A DNA stretch of 64,000 nucleotides from Chrysomallon squamiferum (GCA_012295275.1 CM022667.1:16802001-16866000); one strand, 5' to 3'; shown: positions 42,027 through 57,583, counted from the first letter of the stretch. The notes: generated from the letters alone by a model not told the origin. Numbers and translations: made by a program.

Positions 42027-43168
42027 CAACAACAGCAACAATGACAATAGCTGTTGTAATAATAATGAAATGAATCTATAGTTTAATTTTAATCTTCTGT
42101 ATTTTTTTTTTTTATAACCTTGTCGGTATGCATACAACTACGTGAATATATCAGTATATCTAGAATGTTTATTATCACAAACTTAGCCGAACTTAAGCAT
42201 AAGGTAATCATTATTAGTGTTTCAAAGAGTCAGAATTTATTTTTATATATTTATCAATATATAAAGAATTCAACATGATGTATAATCTAATTTCCTGTGT
42301 TAACATAATCAACATAAGACGTTACAAAAATTAATTTTCAGTATTATTTTCAGATTAATAAATATTTTGAAACGGAATATCCTCAATGTCCTATCCGAGC
42401 ACATGATTTGTTTTGCATGTTGGAGACATTGTACTAATTTCTGTTATTAACTGCCAAATAGGACCTCTATAGATTCCCATAATTTTAGACCTGGATATGA
42501 TTCCATTCAGCCATGTTCACGGCAGAGTTTACACTTTTAATATAACATCGTTACTCATTTAAAGAGAAGAAGACAGAGAGAATTCTTAATATTAAGTAAA
42601 CTATTCACTGCACTCAGACACACTAAAAGGTGTATGATCTTTACAAGATAGGTGTAGGACAAGACGTTTACATTTCAGAATTGTTTTCTTCACATTTGAA
42701 TCTGCGCTGTTTGCTAAGGGAGAAACGTGACTTTCGAGGTATTGTACTTTTAAAGTGTGAGAAAACAGGAGATAAATGAAATGCAAACTTATCAAGAAGA
42801 AGATGTTTGTGGGTTATCAAATGAAAGAACAGATAAATATATAACATAGCATTGTGAAAGCGAAATTTATTGAATGAAATTCCCTTATCCCATATGATTT
42901 TCCGAAGCTTATCAACGTAGGAAAAACAATCCCAAGTCTGATTGCTTTGTATTCGTTTCATTGTTCTTGTTTGATATATATATATATATATTTATTTTTT
43001 TGTTCCTTCACAGGTTGTTAGTGAGTTCAGCACATCCCTCTTAACATCACAGAAAAGCGACTGTCTCCTTCCAGCTTCACATCGCAAAAATCCAGAGTCG
43101 CCAGTTTAGAAAATGAAAATTCTAAAATGTATCACATTCAGTAAATACACTATTATTATTATTATTAT

Positions 43169-43218
<50 letters not shown>

Positions 43219-43401
43219 TTGTTGTTGTTGTTGTTGTTGTTGTTTTTTTTGTTGTATTGTTTCCTTTTTTATTGGCATCATCATTACTATAGTTACAGTG
43301 ATGGTCTGTGAAATTTAAATTAACGGAAGTGAACAGAATGGATAGTTAAGACTGTGTTTTCGCAGTTACATACCTTTCATCTGTTCTTTTGATTATTATT
43401 A

Positions 43402-43440
<39 letters not shown>

Positions 43441-44323
43441 TTTTTTTTTTTTTTTTTCTAAATAGAGATCATTTGTGTTAAAAGAATTTGCGTAGATGTA
43501 GGTATAAAAACAAAACACCAGCACTAACAGTAATAATAATTATTAATTGTTGTAGAGTACTGTAACAGTAGTAGTAGAATCAACAACAGCTGGTTTGTCA
43601 AAACTTAAGGTTAGGGAATTAAAAGCTAAAGGGGCATAACTCATAAAAAGATTCATAGATATGATAAAAATCTTAATGTGTCACTCTTCAGTTCCGTTAA
43701 TTTTAAAATAGTTTTCAGATGTTAATAATAAGAAAACTAATAATGATAATGCATTAGTTATATCCCGCCATGCGTCATTAATCTGTGCCTCGACAACCAG
43801 GATGTTCACGTAAACAGAAGGTAATGCTCTAAAAATGACTTAAAAATAACGAAAAATACCGTAAAGCTACAGTAAATACCCGCGAAAGAAAATAATTACT
43901 GCTAAATATTCCTGAAAAAAAAACAACAACACATTTTAGGTAATTGTTTTTGAACAGTAATTAGAACAGTTAACAAAACCATCCAACGGAAGAACGACAC
44001 AATGAACATTGTGATCCCCACCGTCCACATCGTTGACAGCACCCTACATGTCGACCACACTTCAAACAATGTAAACAATAAAAACAATACAGTACCTATC
44101 CAATAACGATACTACATTTGTTGACAACCGCATCTACAACAGCAATGCCAGCATCATATGAAAGGTAGTAATTTTTTTGGAGGACACAGCTACGCTCTCA
44201 GACATCAATATAAGTAAACTGACGAAATTAAAAAGGACGACAACAGCGCAGAGATCTGCACAAAGTAAAATTATATTTAGGTCTATTTAAACGATGACTG
44301 AAATTTTTAATAACTGGTATCAG

Positions 44324-44415
<92 letters not shown>

Positions 44416-45365
44416 ACAATGACCATTTTTATATATACACATATCTATTTTTTATCATCATATGTAGTTCCACTTTTTCATTATAAATTAATCTGCAATT
44501 TATTGTTCACTGCTACTGTAATTTAACAAAATAATCGACGCTTTATTAATAAAAGTGTCTTTATCTCTTGCAGTAAAACCTAGATTTGAAAACGCTGTAG
44601 CAAACGCTAGATAAAATAAAAGGGACAAAGCAATATAAACAATACCAGAAGGTGTTTCTAATTCAGTGTCAGTTATTCTTCATTTCTATTTATAGCTTTT
44701 GTTCCTTTCAAAATTAGTTTGATTCTTTATTTGTTAGATAATTACTTCTGGTGTGTTATTTCTTTTTTCCACAATATTTTACTTATTCACACTTCATAAC
44801 ATATGAGACAGAATATATAGCAATCTGAAACAGAAAGTTAACAAAACAAATGGTTATTTAATTTTCATTATCGTCTTCGATTCTTTAATACCAAGTTAAA
44901 AGATTTTGTTTCCCTTCGAGAATTTTTAACTTTTACATCTACTCTTAATAATATTAGTTTACTGTCATGACAAAAATCCACTGATCTCTTGTAGAAATTA
45001 TGAGACAAGAATAAAAATCGATTCCAGTGCAAGACCAACAGCAACAAATTAAATGTTTTTAATATTGTTATTTATTTATTTACTTACTTACTTACTTATT
45101 TACTTACTTGCTTGCTTTTTTATTTATTTATTTATTTACTTATTTATTTAGTTAGTCACTTGTTTACTTACTTATTTTCTTACTTACTTATTTACTTACT
45201 TATATACTGATGTTGTTTGTGTTAATACTACTATTTCAATGGTAGTACAACTGTTAGTAGTAATGGTGGCAGCAAAATTAGTACTTGTTGTTGAACTCGA
45301 TGATAATAATGATGATTTTATCAATATAGACATGTTAAATATAAATAAGTTTGCGATGGGAAAAG

Positions 45366-45497
<132 letters not shown>

Positions 45498-45655
45498 TGA
45501 AGATTTCAAACATAATGAAGTAACGAAAATTCAAAAGTTATTAAATAACAAACAATTAACATATTTATTTATTTATTTATTTATTTAATTTATTTTATTT
45601 CCGGACAGAAGTTGTAAGAGTTCATCTTAATTCTTCGGTACTTTTACTGCAGTTG

Positions 45656-45690
45656 TTACTTGAAATACCCCGTGTTGTAGTGTGTCGGCT
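45656..45690 (-). CDS. Gene B1 exon 2 (EPTHYNTGYFK*)
   Basis: PolyT-CCAG| acceptor, phase 1; AATAAA at 45594-45599. Confidence 0.75.
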
Positions 45691-45862
45691 CTGGAAAAAA
45701 AAAAAATATATATATATATTTACACAAAAAAAGAAAATTGTATAGAGATATAACATGCACAACGGAGCTGCTGTAAATAACATATAGCACGCAAAACTAT
45801 GCACCCATACACAAAACCATAAACACACATCAAAGACTACATAGATAATATGTGTGCAGAGA

Positions 45863-45917
<55 letters not shown>

Positions 45918-46106
45918 CTATATCACTATGTATCTATGTATATATATATGTATGTATGTATGTTCATAAGTCTAAGTGTCATGACTACTGATAATATGTG
46001 TATATAGGGATATACATATTTATCCATGTATGTATGTATGTATGTATGTATGTATGTATATATGTATGTATGAATGTATGTTCATAAGCCTTTCTAAGTG
46101 TCTTAC

Positions 46107-46386
46107 CTGGTGTTGTCGTTGCTTGTACTGCTGGGTCTATCGATGTTTCTTCTGATGGGTCTATCGTCGTCGCACATAAGCTTACTCTGCAGTGAACTCT
46201 GTTTCCCTCTGGACTTAGTTCACAGTAGCAATCTTCGTAACAGCGATTTACCGGTGGCACGGGTCCGAGCGGATATATTTTCCCTTCATAATAACATACT
46301 GGACCAGTATAGTACCCTGTTGTTGCCATTCCAGAAGCAAGCACCAGGCATGCGGAAAAGATCAACAAGATCTGTACGTTCATCAT
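46107..46386 (-). CDS. Gene B1 exon 1: secreted ~104-aa protein with a 6-Cys mini-VWC/pacifastin-like domain and Thr-rich tail
   Basis: MMNVQILLIFSACLVLASG signal peptide; CYYEGKIYPLGPVPPVNRCYEDCYCELSPEGNRVHCRVSLC; CCAG|GTAAGA donor; open. Confidence 0.88.
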
Positions 46387-46402
46387 GATTTAGTTCTATG
46401 AT

Positions 46403-46488
46403 GTCTGACAAGAAAGTTAAATTTCCTGATTTAAATACTCTTCCCCAACAGATGTCGCATTCCAGTCATTGTTTAGCATAATGCAAAT
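46403..46488 (-). promoter_or_regulatory. Gene B1 promoter: Inr-like TCAGAC, TATTTAAA at -31, octamer ATGCAAAT
   Basis: TATA-like box 46430-46437, Inr A at 46406, octamer 46481-46488; conserved at 59840-59924 and ~51190-51252. Confidence 0.6.
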
Positions 46489-48542
46489 TCGTTTAATAGC
46501 CGTGCAAGCTGCATGTGTTTAGTTCTCAAGTGCTGTGGTTTGCTGTTGTTGTGATCGTGATTGCAACGACATGCCGTAAGTGCACTTAATTTTAACAATG
46601 CCAGTGCATTTTTGCCAGTGCAGAAAGTACATAAATCGTAAGATTATGGAAATGTTATTAGTAACATTGGTGTTTATGTTAATGAAAGGGATTAAAGTGA
46701 ATTTTAATTTGTCTACATATTTCTTGAAAATCAATATAGTTAAGGTAAAAAGTGCAGACTAGGGTCACCTGTACCCGACAATAATATACATTATATAAAG
46801 ATATTATTTTATTATATTTGTTTTAAGTCTAGTTTCTACTACATAACAACAACCGCATTGTTGTCTAATAATTAAATGTTTTCTTCTTTTTTTACATTTT
46901 GTTTTCTTTTACAGTGATACTTGTTAATTTTTAAAATAATAAGTCAGTTATAAATAATACTCATAGCAAGATTTATATTCTAATTTTCTGTACAATTACA
47001 GTTCAGAGGAAATACGGATGTGCGGTTTAAATAGGTCAGAAATGAAAGGATTAAATACAGTTTTCGGATTTGTTCTGTGACAGCATTTTAAAAATATGGA
47101 AATACTTTAAATCGAAATATCAGTGAAAATATTGCAGAACATATCCATTCTTTTCGTGTATACCCATTATACACCATATCGCATTTTGAAAATTATTAGG
47201 TAGTGTGGATACGCTATTGAATCAAGATTGAACTGTTAAATGTTTATTCAAATACCAAAAGAATAATCTTTAAATCACATAATAATCGCGAACTTCTGGC
47301 ATTCGTTGCAGTTTTGGAAACTGTGAAAGTGACAGTGCAAAAAATATTTTATATAAAAAGTAATTTTAGCAAAAAAAAAAAAAAAAATAATAATAATAAT
47401 AATAAAAATAAAATAAAATACAAAATAATTAATTAACTTCGACCAATAATAACGCTAAGAAACGAAAACGTGATAATCCAAAATGTTCAGATGATCACTG
47501 TTATCATCACGGTTATTTTATATATAACAAAAATATTAAATTCAAACTTTATAATGGAATAGGTAGGATAACGGTATGTTTGTGGACACCAGTAAATGCA
47601 GAAAATGAAATTTTCATCTTGGTCTGAAAAGTCACTTTTTGAAATATATCTATATATCACTACACATGTTTTTCTGTGTTTTTCATCGGAATTACCATCA
47701 GCCTTTTTACCTTTATTTACGTTTTAGTAATTGTCACTTTCAAAGCGTCATAAATATATAGCGTTGTTGTTTTTAGGCATTACAGTTATTATTGAGACAG
47801 GCGCGTCAATAGAAAATTGCGATTCGGGTCAGATGGACGACTTTTAGATTTTTGGTGACTTAAATCTCTGACTCTGTCTACTTTCAGGACCTCTGTTTTA
47901 TCAAAAATATCATTTTCATGAAGTAAAAATACATCTAGTAATACTAACACTGTAAATAGTGTATGTAACCGTGAAGTTTATCGCCATAAGATCAAGTATC
48001 GAATACGAAACCCATCCAGATTACCTCCCCTATAACTATTTCCAAGACTTTCGTTGTAGAACCTAGGTCGCATTCAAATAGTGTCTCATTTCCACTTAAC
48101 AGAATGTTCAGTTTCTGCAGAAAAATAACTACTGTGAAGAAACCTACACAGAAAGAGGCTCTGAAAGACAAGTAATCGTGAAGAAACATGCAGTTTATAC
48201 AAACCTGTGAAAAGCAAATAAGCAAAGCTGCACTGTGGTGAGAATCCGACTCAGTCGCCTTCAACCAGAACTTCGTCTTTGTTTACTTCTGCACCTTCGA
48301 CACCACAAGATTTTGTTTTGCGCAATAAAACTATTTCCTGTCACAGATTAATCCTAATTAGAGTCTCGCATTACAGACATCAGTAAACTGCTCTATTCTT
48401 TGAATATCTTGTGCATTTTTGAGAGTGAGGTCTAAAAAAAAAATACCGATCTTAATTTACATGAACAATATATTTTGTTAACATTTTTCTTTTTCTTTTT
48501 CTTTTAATTTTTCTTTTATTATTTATTTATTTACTTATTTGA

Positions 48543-48600
<58 letters not shown>

Positions 48601-49207
48601 TTGGCTTCTTTATGGATAGTATTACCCAATTAAGTCCTTAAATATTTTCATTCCTAATGCATGCATTCATATATGAAAATACTGACTTTTAATTTGTGGC
48701 CAAAATTGACGAAGACACCGACTACATAGTTAAGGGAATAGTTGTCTGAACCATTTTAAAACAATTAACGGTGGTTTATTCGTAAACCGACCTCACTAAA
48801 CCAGAGACAGGACAGTTGATCATGGACACATTGTCTCTAAATCCAACGAATCAGTATCGTATATGTCATGTCAGAACGCGAATTCTACCTAAGTTGGTGC
48901 GCTCCGTTTTCATGCCATTAATTATTACCAGATTCTGACTACAAGAAGCAATAGCAATAGCGGTAGTTGCTTATATTGTTGTCAAAATTTTAAATATGTA
49001 GTATTGAGATTCACAATGGGTTTCTCCTGTTATTTTTCAGTTGATGTTTTTAACACGGGAAGTAAAATATCAATAATGTAACTACATTTTAAATTTACGG
49101 AGAAAGCAAATATCTGGTACGATGAATCATGGTATCATTTTATATAGAATACTCAATTTCGGAGAATACGAATCCCAACCTTCATCCATTTACATACACT
49201 TGATTTC

Positions 49208-49240
<33 letters not shown>

Positions 49241-49569
49241 GCAATAACAGTGGGTGTCTATAGTGTTGTTTAAATGTATCTTTACAATATAATTAATTAA
49301 ACAAACTGTCTTGAAAACTCTCTCGCTCTCTCGGACACTGAGACACAAATGTAATTATCAGTCTATAGTGCATGAAAAACATGCTTATTTTCAAAGCTGC
49401 TTCAGTGACACTGACAAAATTGTCCTCAAAGTGTAATCATTGATTAAATATGGTGAAACGCAAAACAAGGAACGGTTTCGTTCGTACTATAGCAGAGATA
49501 ACCTGGACGTTTGAGGTAAAGAGAACAGAGCAAGCCATTAAAAAAAAAAAAAAATTAATAACAAACATT

Positions 49570-49600
<31 letters not shown>

Positions 49601-50127
49601 TAGACAAAAATTAGGAGAGTTCATTTTAGTTCATCGGTGCTTTTCACACAGCTGCTTCTTGAATTATTTGGTGTTTGGTAGTGTCATTCTGAAAGAAAAA
49701 CAAAATAAATGACTAAACATTAACTGTTTATCTAGTAAAAAGTCTTATTACATAGATATATCATGCACGAAGGAGCAGCTGTGATAGGCATGCATAAACA
49801 AAGAAACACTCACAAATACACACAAGCACTCATGCAGCACACGTGTATAATTGTGTGTGTTTGTGTGATGGCGTGTGCATATGTGCTGAAATAATCCTTT
49901 TCACAGAAAAGAAGTACAGTCTTCCAAACCAGCGTGCTAGGAAAAGTGTGAATTTAAAGTAAATTTACTTCTGTATCATATTCTACATTGTATTCATAAA
50001 CACAAATTCATTCACTCATTTGTAATTAACCCAGAAAACATTTCGAATATTTCGTTCTCGCGAAAACAGATTCTGTATTTCATCACGAAGAGAAAAAGTG
50101 TCGGAAACATGTCTCGTAGTACGCCTG

Positions 50128-50181
50128 TCAAACAAACAGAAAGCACCCAGAAAATATTAACAATATTTGCACGTTCAGCAT
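50128..50181 (-). pseudogene. Family B-type signal-peptide start ending in TGA (copy 3)
   Basis: MLNVQILLIFSGCFLFV*; downstream part deleted. Confidence 0.6.
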
Positions 50182-50710
50182 TATTTAGTTCTCTGACCTC
50201 TGTGACAGAAAGGTAAATTTTCTGGTTTAAATTCTATTGCTCCCAACATATGTCGCATTCGATTCATTGGTAACCGTAATCCAAATCTCTTTAATTAAAT
50301 ATATAATCGCACTTAATTTAGTTCTCAGATATTGTGAATTGCTGTTGTTGTGTTGGTAAATACAGAAATCTGCTGCAACTGCAGTTAGTTTTAACAATGC
50401 CGATTTATTTCTTTCACAGGATAAACGAGATAAATCACCAGAAAATTCAAATTTTATTGGTAAAATTTCCCTTGCTGGCGTTTACAGTAAAGAAAAGAAT
50501 TTAAAGTGCGTTTTAATTTTTCAACCCCTGTCTAGTAAATAAGGGACAGAGTCATCTACACTGATAACAGCAGTAACCGACAAATTAATATACCATAAAT
50601 ATATTAATCATTTCTTCTTTTTAATATATAATGATAAATTACATTTAGTTTTCTTAGTTTGGAATCAAGTGTTTAAATAATTGCAATATTTTGTTTTATT
50701 TTATGACAAT

Positions 50711-50796
<86 letters not shown>

Positions 50797-51017
50797 TTGT
50801 GTGTCTGTATATATATTAACAGGAGAAAGCTCTGCAACGTTTTCACTGCAACGTTTAGACTTCTCTGTTTGTGTATATGTATATATGGTTAATATTAAAA
50901 TGAACTATGAAATCCCTGGAGCTAATAAACAATAAACACAGTCATGAGTAGAACTCTATCTTAATTTATCCCTTGCCTTTCTTTTCTTAATATCTACTAA
51001 TTTTATTCGCTGCCTTT

Positions 51018-51150
51018 AATTATCTAATGACACGGGTCTGACGTCACAAGATTTTCCAGCTTAATCGCATGATAAGAAGCTCGGTGATGTTTAAGCTGAA
51101 AGAAGCAAGAAGCACGTGGGAAATATTAACAAGATCTCTACACTTATTAT
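51018..51150 (-). pseudogene. Truncated family B exon 1 relic
   Basis: (I)ISVEILLIFPTCFLLLSA*TSPSFLSCD*AGKSCDVRPVSLDN*; promoter homology upstream. Confidence 0.7.
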
Positions 51151-52329
51151 GATTTAGCTGTTTGTTGTTTCGCAATAAAATTAGTTGTACTGGATTAAAT
51201 ACTTTTCATCCCAACACATCGCAAGTGATTCACTGTTAGGCATAATGCAAATGCATTTAATTTGTATTTATCCTGCTTGTGTTTAAGTACTGTGAACTGC
51301 TGTTGCTATGATCGTAAATGCTATGATAAAATATAACAGCAGTTAAGTTTAAAAATGCCGATTAATGTTTGCCGTACCAGAAGATAAATAAATGGTAAGA
51401 AAACTGAAACTTTGTTAATAACATTTTCATTTCTGGTATTTAACTAATACAGGAATTTAAAGCAAGTTTTAGTTTTTCAATCTATTTCTAGTAAATCAGA
51501 ATTTCTGCGAGATTACAATACCCGACAGAAGTAAATAATTATTCGAAAGATATCATTCATTTATATTAACATTTAATACTTTATTATAATTCTTAGTTAG
51601 TGGTCAGGTTTCTGCATTGTTGTTAAATAATAAAAATTTAGTATTTTTACATATTTTTTTATCAGTCATCCTTGTTAATTTAAAATGTAAGTGAGCTATA
51701 ATTAATATTCATGTATAAAATTATAATTTAGTTTTACTGTACAAATACAGGACACAGGACATACAGATGTACAGTTTAAGTATATCAGAAATAAGAGGAT
51801 CAGGAGATTAACTGATTTATTCGTTATTAAAATATTTCCAGGAATGGTCACATTCTTACATTGGTTCGATTGGTCGTGGTGTAATGAATGGGCCAGGAAA
51901 CGAAAACGTGACAAGCCAAAATGTTCAGATCGGGAGACCGTTCCTTTTTTAATATTCCAAACACTGGTGAAATGCATATACAGCTGTTTCAGTAAAATTG
52001 GGTCCTGGCGTAATGATACTTCCTACTATAGCACTCCCAGTTCCAACATTGCATAAGTGTATGAAGAATAGAAAATAAATAAGTTTTAACTATAACAACC
52101 TTATATGAAGAAGATTTACTTTCAGATTATTCTACTATTGAAATACGTGAATAAAAAAGGACGCAAATGAAAACGAAACTTATCTAGAAGTTGTTTACGG
52201 GTTCTTAAAGGATTAAGCTATATATATAAAAATATACATTTATAAAATTATCCCTGGGAATAATTATACATGGTTTTACAAAGCTGATCAACCGAGAAAA
52301 ATCCTTGTTTGCTTAACATTTGTCTGTTC

Positions 52330-52402
<73 letters not shown>

Positions 52403-52518
52403 AATTACTATTCCTCTTTTATTGTTGTTATAATTGTTATTCTTGCTGTTCGTATTTTAACTGTTTTTATGTTTAACCTGCATTACTACTTAGAAAACAG
52501 CAGTAATAATAATAACAA

Positions 52519-52565
<47 letters not shown>

Positions 52566-52693
52566 ATAATAATAATAATAATAATATGTATGTATGTATG
52601 TATGTATTTTTGTCGGTGTACATATGCATTTATCGACAATTATTTGTATAATTTCTCCAGATCATTATTTTTTTTTCTGTGCCAAATATTTAT

Positions 52694-52927
52694 TCATTTA
52701 CTTGTTGTTTCCGGCATCGTAGAGGTGATAAGTGGCGTTGTTGTCGTTCCTCAACACAAAGCCACGCCATATTCTTGTATCCATGAACCAATAACTTGTA
52801 CTTGTGGAGGACATTTACAGATACCATCATCACTAAATTATTTCTGTTCTTCGCCATGTAAGACGTGTCCTGATGGCGTTTTGCTGTTTCGTTCTGTAAC
52901 AACAACAACAACAATAATAATAATAAT

Positions 52928-52980
<53 letters not shown>

Positions 52981-53898
52981 TAATGATGATGATAATGATA
53001 ATGGTAACAACAGCAACAAATAATATTACTAAATAAACAATCTTTTTTATTGTATACTCTAGTATTATAACGAATTCGAGTACTACTATTATAATTGATC
53101 CTACTATTTCACCTAATACTACTAATACATTTACTACTACTACTATTCTATAACCACTATTACTACTACATCTCCAAATGCCACTAATTATAATACCAAT
53201 ACATTTGGTATTACTAATACTATTGCTATTACATTTAGGACATTACTAGAATCAGTGATTCTACTATTACCACATATTTTACAAGACCTCCACAATAATA
53301 ATTTCTAAGTCTTCGTTACTGGCTGTTGTTATTACTCTTGCCACTATAAAATAAACACCAACAACAACAGCTACTACACGACAACTATTAATACTATCAT
53401 TGCTAGTACAACTTCTGCTACTAATTCTACTACTAATACTATTGCTACTACTAATAATTATAAGTCTAACATTATTATTACTAATCCTACCTTTAATGAT
53501 AATAGCAAGCATACACCTACTAATACTAATTGATCGAACTACGCTAGTAATACTACTGTTAGTATCAATGTTACGATTACTGGCACTAACGAGATTTCTA
53601 ATAATTAGACTTTTAATTCATCTACTGCAGTTGGTATAAGGAGATACTGAAAAGTTGTCTACCTCGACATGTGTATCTTCCAAAGGCATCAGGTCCTTCA
53701 GGATCGAAACACATTGGTGGAAAATAATCAGCGTATATACAACGAATTTCTAATTCTGATGAAGAACCATAACTAGGCTGACAACGACACTCGTCCGCAC
53801 TACGCTCATAATCTGGAAGACTTGTCCAGGTCCGTACATTTGTCCATTGTGAGAGCAGTGTCGTGGTATTGGAGATGACGGAGTAGGTGGCGGCTGCT
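52694..53898 (-). pseudogene. Family A pseudogene: E2 53663-53898 (same 1-nt deletion as the 41.8k copy), E3 52694-52893 with stops; E1 missing
   Basis: AAA TAA and TGT TGA stops, Cys to Ser/Phe changes. Confidence 0.88.
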
Positions 53899-53942
53899 CT
53901 GTGGTATGTGCAGAACAGTAAGAACAACAACAACAACAGCAA

Positions 53943-54017
<75 letters not shown>

Positions 54018-54220
54018 CAGCAACAATGACAATAGCTGTTGTAATAATAATGAAAGGAATCTATAGTTTAATTTTAATATTGTGTATTTTTTATAACCTT
54101 GTCGGTATGCATACAACTACGTGAATATATTAGTATATCTAGAATGTTTATTATCACAAACTTAGCCGAACTTAAGCATAAACTAATCATCCTTAGGGTT
54201 TCAGAGATTCAAAATATCTT

Positions 54221-54251
<31 letters not shown>

Positions 54252-54957
54252 ATTCAACATGATGTATAATCTAATTTCCAGTATTAACATAATCAACATA
54301 AGACGTTACAAACATTTAATACCAGTATTATTTTCAGATTAATAAATATTTTGAAACGAAATATCCTCAGTGGCGAAACCGAAAACATGATTTCTTTTGC
54401 ATGTTGGAGACATTGTACTAATTTCACTTATTAACTGCCAAATAGGACCTCTATAGATTCCCACAATTTTAGACCTGGATATGATTCCATTCAGCCATGT
54501 TCACGGCAGAGTTTACACTTTTAATATAACATCGTTACTCATTTAAAGAGAAGAAGACAGAGAGAATTCTTAATATTAAGTAAACTATTCACTGCACTCA
54601 GACACACTAAAAGGTGTATGATCTTTACAAGATAGGTGTAGGACAAGACGTTTACATTTCAGAATTGTTTTCTTCACATTTGAATCTGCGCTGTCTGCTA
54701 AGGGAGAAACGTGACTTTCGAGGTATTGTACTTTTAAAGTGTGAGCAAACAGGAGATAAATGAAATGCAATCTTATCAAAAAGAAGATATTTGTGGGTTA
54801 TCAAATGAAAGAACAGATAAATATATAACATAGCATTGTGACAGGGAAATTTATTGAATGAACCCGAGGAATATCCCATGTTATTTTCCGAAGCTTATCA
54901 ACGTAGGAAAAACAAACCCAAGTCTGATTGCTTTGTATTCGTTTCATTGTTCTTGTT

Positions 54958-55000
<43 letters not shown>

Positions 55001-55141
55001 ATTCTGTCACAGGTTGTTAGTGAGTTCAGCACATCCGTTTTTAGAAAAGCGACTGTGTCCTGTCAGCTTCACATCGCACAAATCCAGAGTCGCTATTTAG
55101 AAAATGAAAATTCTAAAATGTATCACATTCAGTAAATACAC

Positions 55142-55178
<37 letters not shown>

Positions 55179-55355
55179 GTTGTTGTTGTTTTTTGTTGTT
55201 GTTGTTGTTGTTGTTGTTGTTTTATTGGCATCATCATTACTATAGTTACAGTGAAGGTCTGTGAAATTTAAATGAACGGAAGTGAACGGAAGGGATAGTT
55301 AAGACTGAGTCAAAATTGTATTTTCGCAGTTACATACCTTTCATCTGTTCTTTTG

Positions 55356-55412
<57 letters not shown>

Positions 55413-56141
55413 TTTTTTTTTTTTTTTTTTTTAAATAGAGATCATTTGTGTCAAAAGAATTTGCGTAGATGTAGGTACAAATAAAACACCAGCACTAACA
55501 GTAATAATAATCATTAATTGTTGTAGAGTACTGTAATAGTAGTAGTAGAATCAACAACAGCTGGTTTGTCAAAACTTAAGGTTAGGGAATTTAAAGCTAA
55601 AGGGGCATAACTCATAAAAAGATTCATAGACATGATAAAAATCTTAATGTGTCACTCTTCAGTTCCGTTAATTTAAAATAGTATACAGATGTTAATAATA
55701 AGAACCAGGATTTTGACGTAAACAGAAGGTAATGCTTTAAAAATGACTTAAAATAACGAAAAATACCGTAAAGCTACGGTAAATACCCGCGAAAGAAAAT
55801 AATTACCGCTAAATATTACTGAAAAAAACAACAAAAACCCCAAACATTTTAGGTACTTGTTTTTAAACAGAAAGTAGCACAGTTATCAAAACCATCCAAC
55901 GGAAGAACGACACAATGAACATTGTGATCCCCACCGTCCACATCGTTGACAGCACCCTACATGTCGACCACACTCCAAACAATGTAAACAATAAAAACAA
56001 TATAGAACCTAACCAAGAACACTACTACATTTGTTGACAACTGCAAGACTGAGTAAAATCTTAGTAAGACTGAGTCTTGATTAATGCTTGCAGAGTCATC
56101 TCCCATCAACTAAGAATTTTGAAATATTTATTTCGAATAAA

Positions 56142-56178
<37 letters not shown>

Positions 56179-56416
56179 TAATAATAATAAATAAATAAAT
56201 AAATAAATAATAATAAATAAATAAACGTAGTAGTAGTAGTAGTAGCAACATAACTATAGAGTGCTAGTAAAGAATAACCATAAGACTGGTTTCTCTTCAC
56301 AGATTTTGTAATGAATGACCTGTGAAATTTAAATTAATGGACGAACTGACGGGATAGTTAAGACTGAGTCCAAATTGGACATTTTCGCAGTTACTTACCT
56401 TTCATCTGATGTTTTG

Positions 56417-56452
<36 letters not shown>

Positions 56453-57337
56453 TTTTTTTTTTTTTTTTTTTTAGAAATAGAGATCGTTAATGTTAAAAAA
56501 AAATATGCGTAGATGTAGGCACTAAAAAAACACCAGCAATAACAGTAATAATAATAAAAATAATAATAATAATTAATTGTAGTAGTAGTAGAGTACAGTA
56601 ATAGTAGTAGTAGAAACAAGAACAACTGATTTGTCAAAACTCTTAAGGTTAGGGAATTAAAAGCTAAAGGGACATAACTCATAAAAAGATTCATAGACAT
56701 GATAAAAATCTTCATGTGTCACTCTTCAGTTCCGTTAATTTAAAATAGTATTCAGATGTTAATAATAAGAAAACAAACAATGATAATGCATTAGTTATAC
56801 CCCGCCATGCGTCATTGATCTGTGCCTCGACAACCAGGATATTGACGTAAACAGAAGGTAATGCTTTAAAAATTACTTAAACTAACGAAAAACACCGTAA
56901 AGCTACGGGAAATACACGCGAAAGAAAATAATGACTGCGAAATGTTACTGAAGAAAAACAACAACACATTTTAGGTAATTGTTTTTAAACAGTAAGTAGC
57001 ACAGTTAACAAAACCATCCAACGGAAGACGACACAATGAACATTGTGATCCCCACTGTCCACATCGTTGACAGCACCCTACATGTCGACCACACTTCAAA
57101 CAATGTAAACAATAAAAACAATACAGTACCTATCCAAGAACAATACTACATTTGTTGACAACCGCATCGACAAAAGCAATGCCAGCATCATATGAAAGGT
57201 GGTAATTTTTTTGGAGGACACATCTACGCTCTCAGACATCAATATAAGTAAACTAACGAAATTAAAAACGACGACAACAGCGCAGATGTCTGCACAAAGT
57301 AAAATAATATTTAGGTCTATTTAAACGATCACTGAAA

Positions 57338-57396
<59 letters not shown>

Positions 57397-57397
57397 A

Positions 57398-57437
<40 letters not shown>

Positions 57438-57451
57438 CATTATTATTATAA

Positions 57452-57485
<34 letters not shown>

Positions 57486-57526
57486 CATTATTATTATTAT
57501 TATTATTATTATCATTATTATTATAA

Positions 57527-57583
<57 letters not shown>

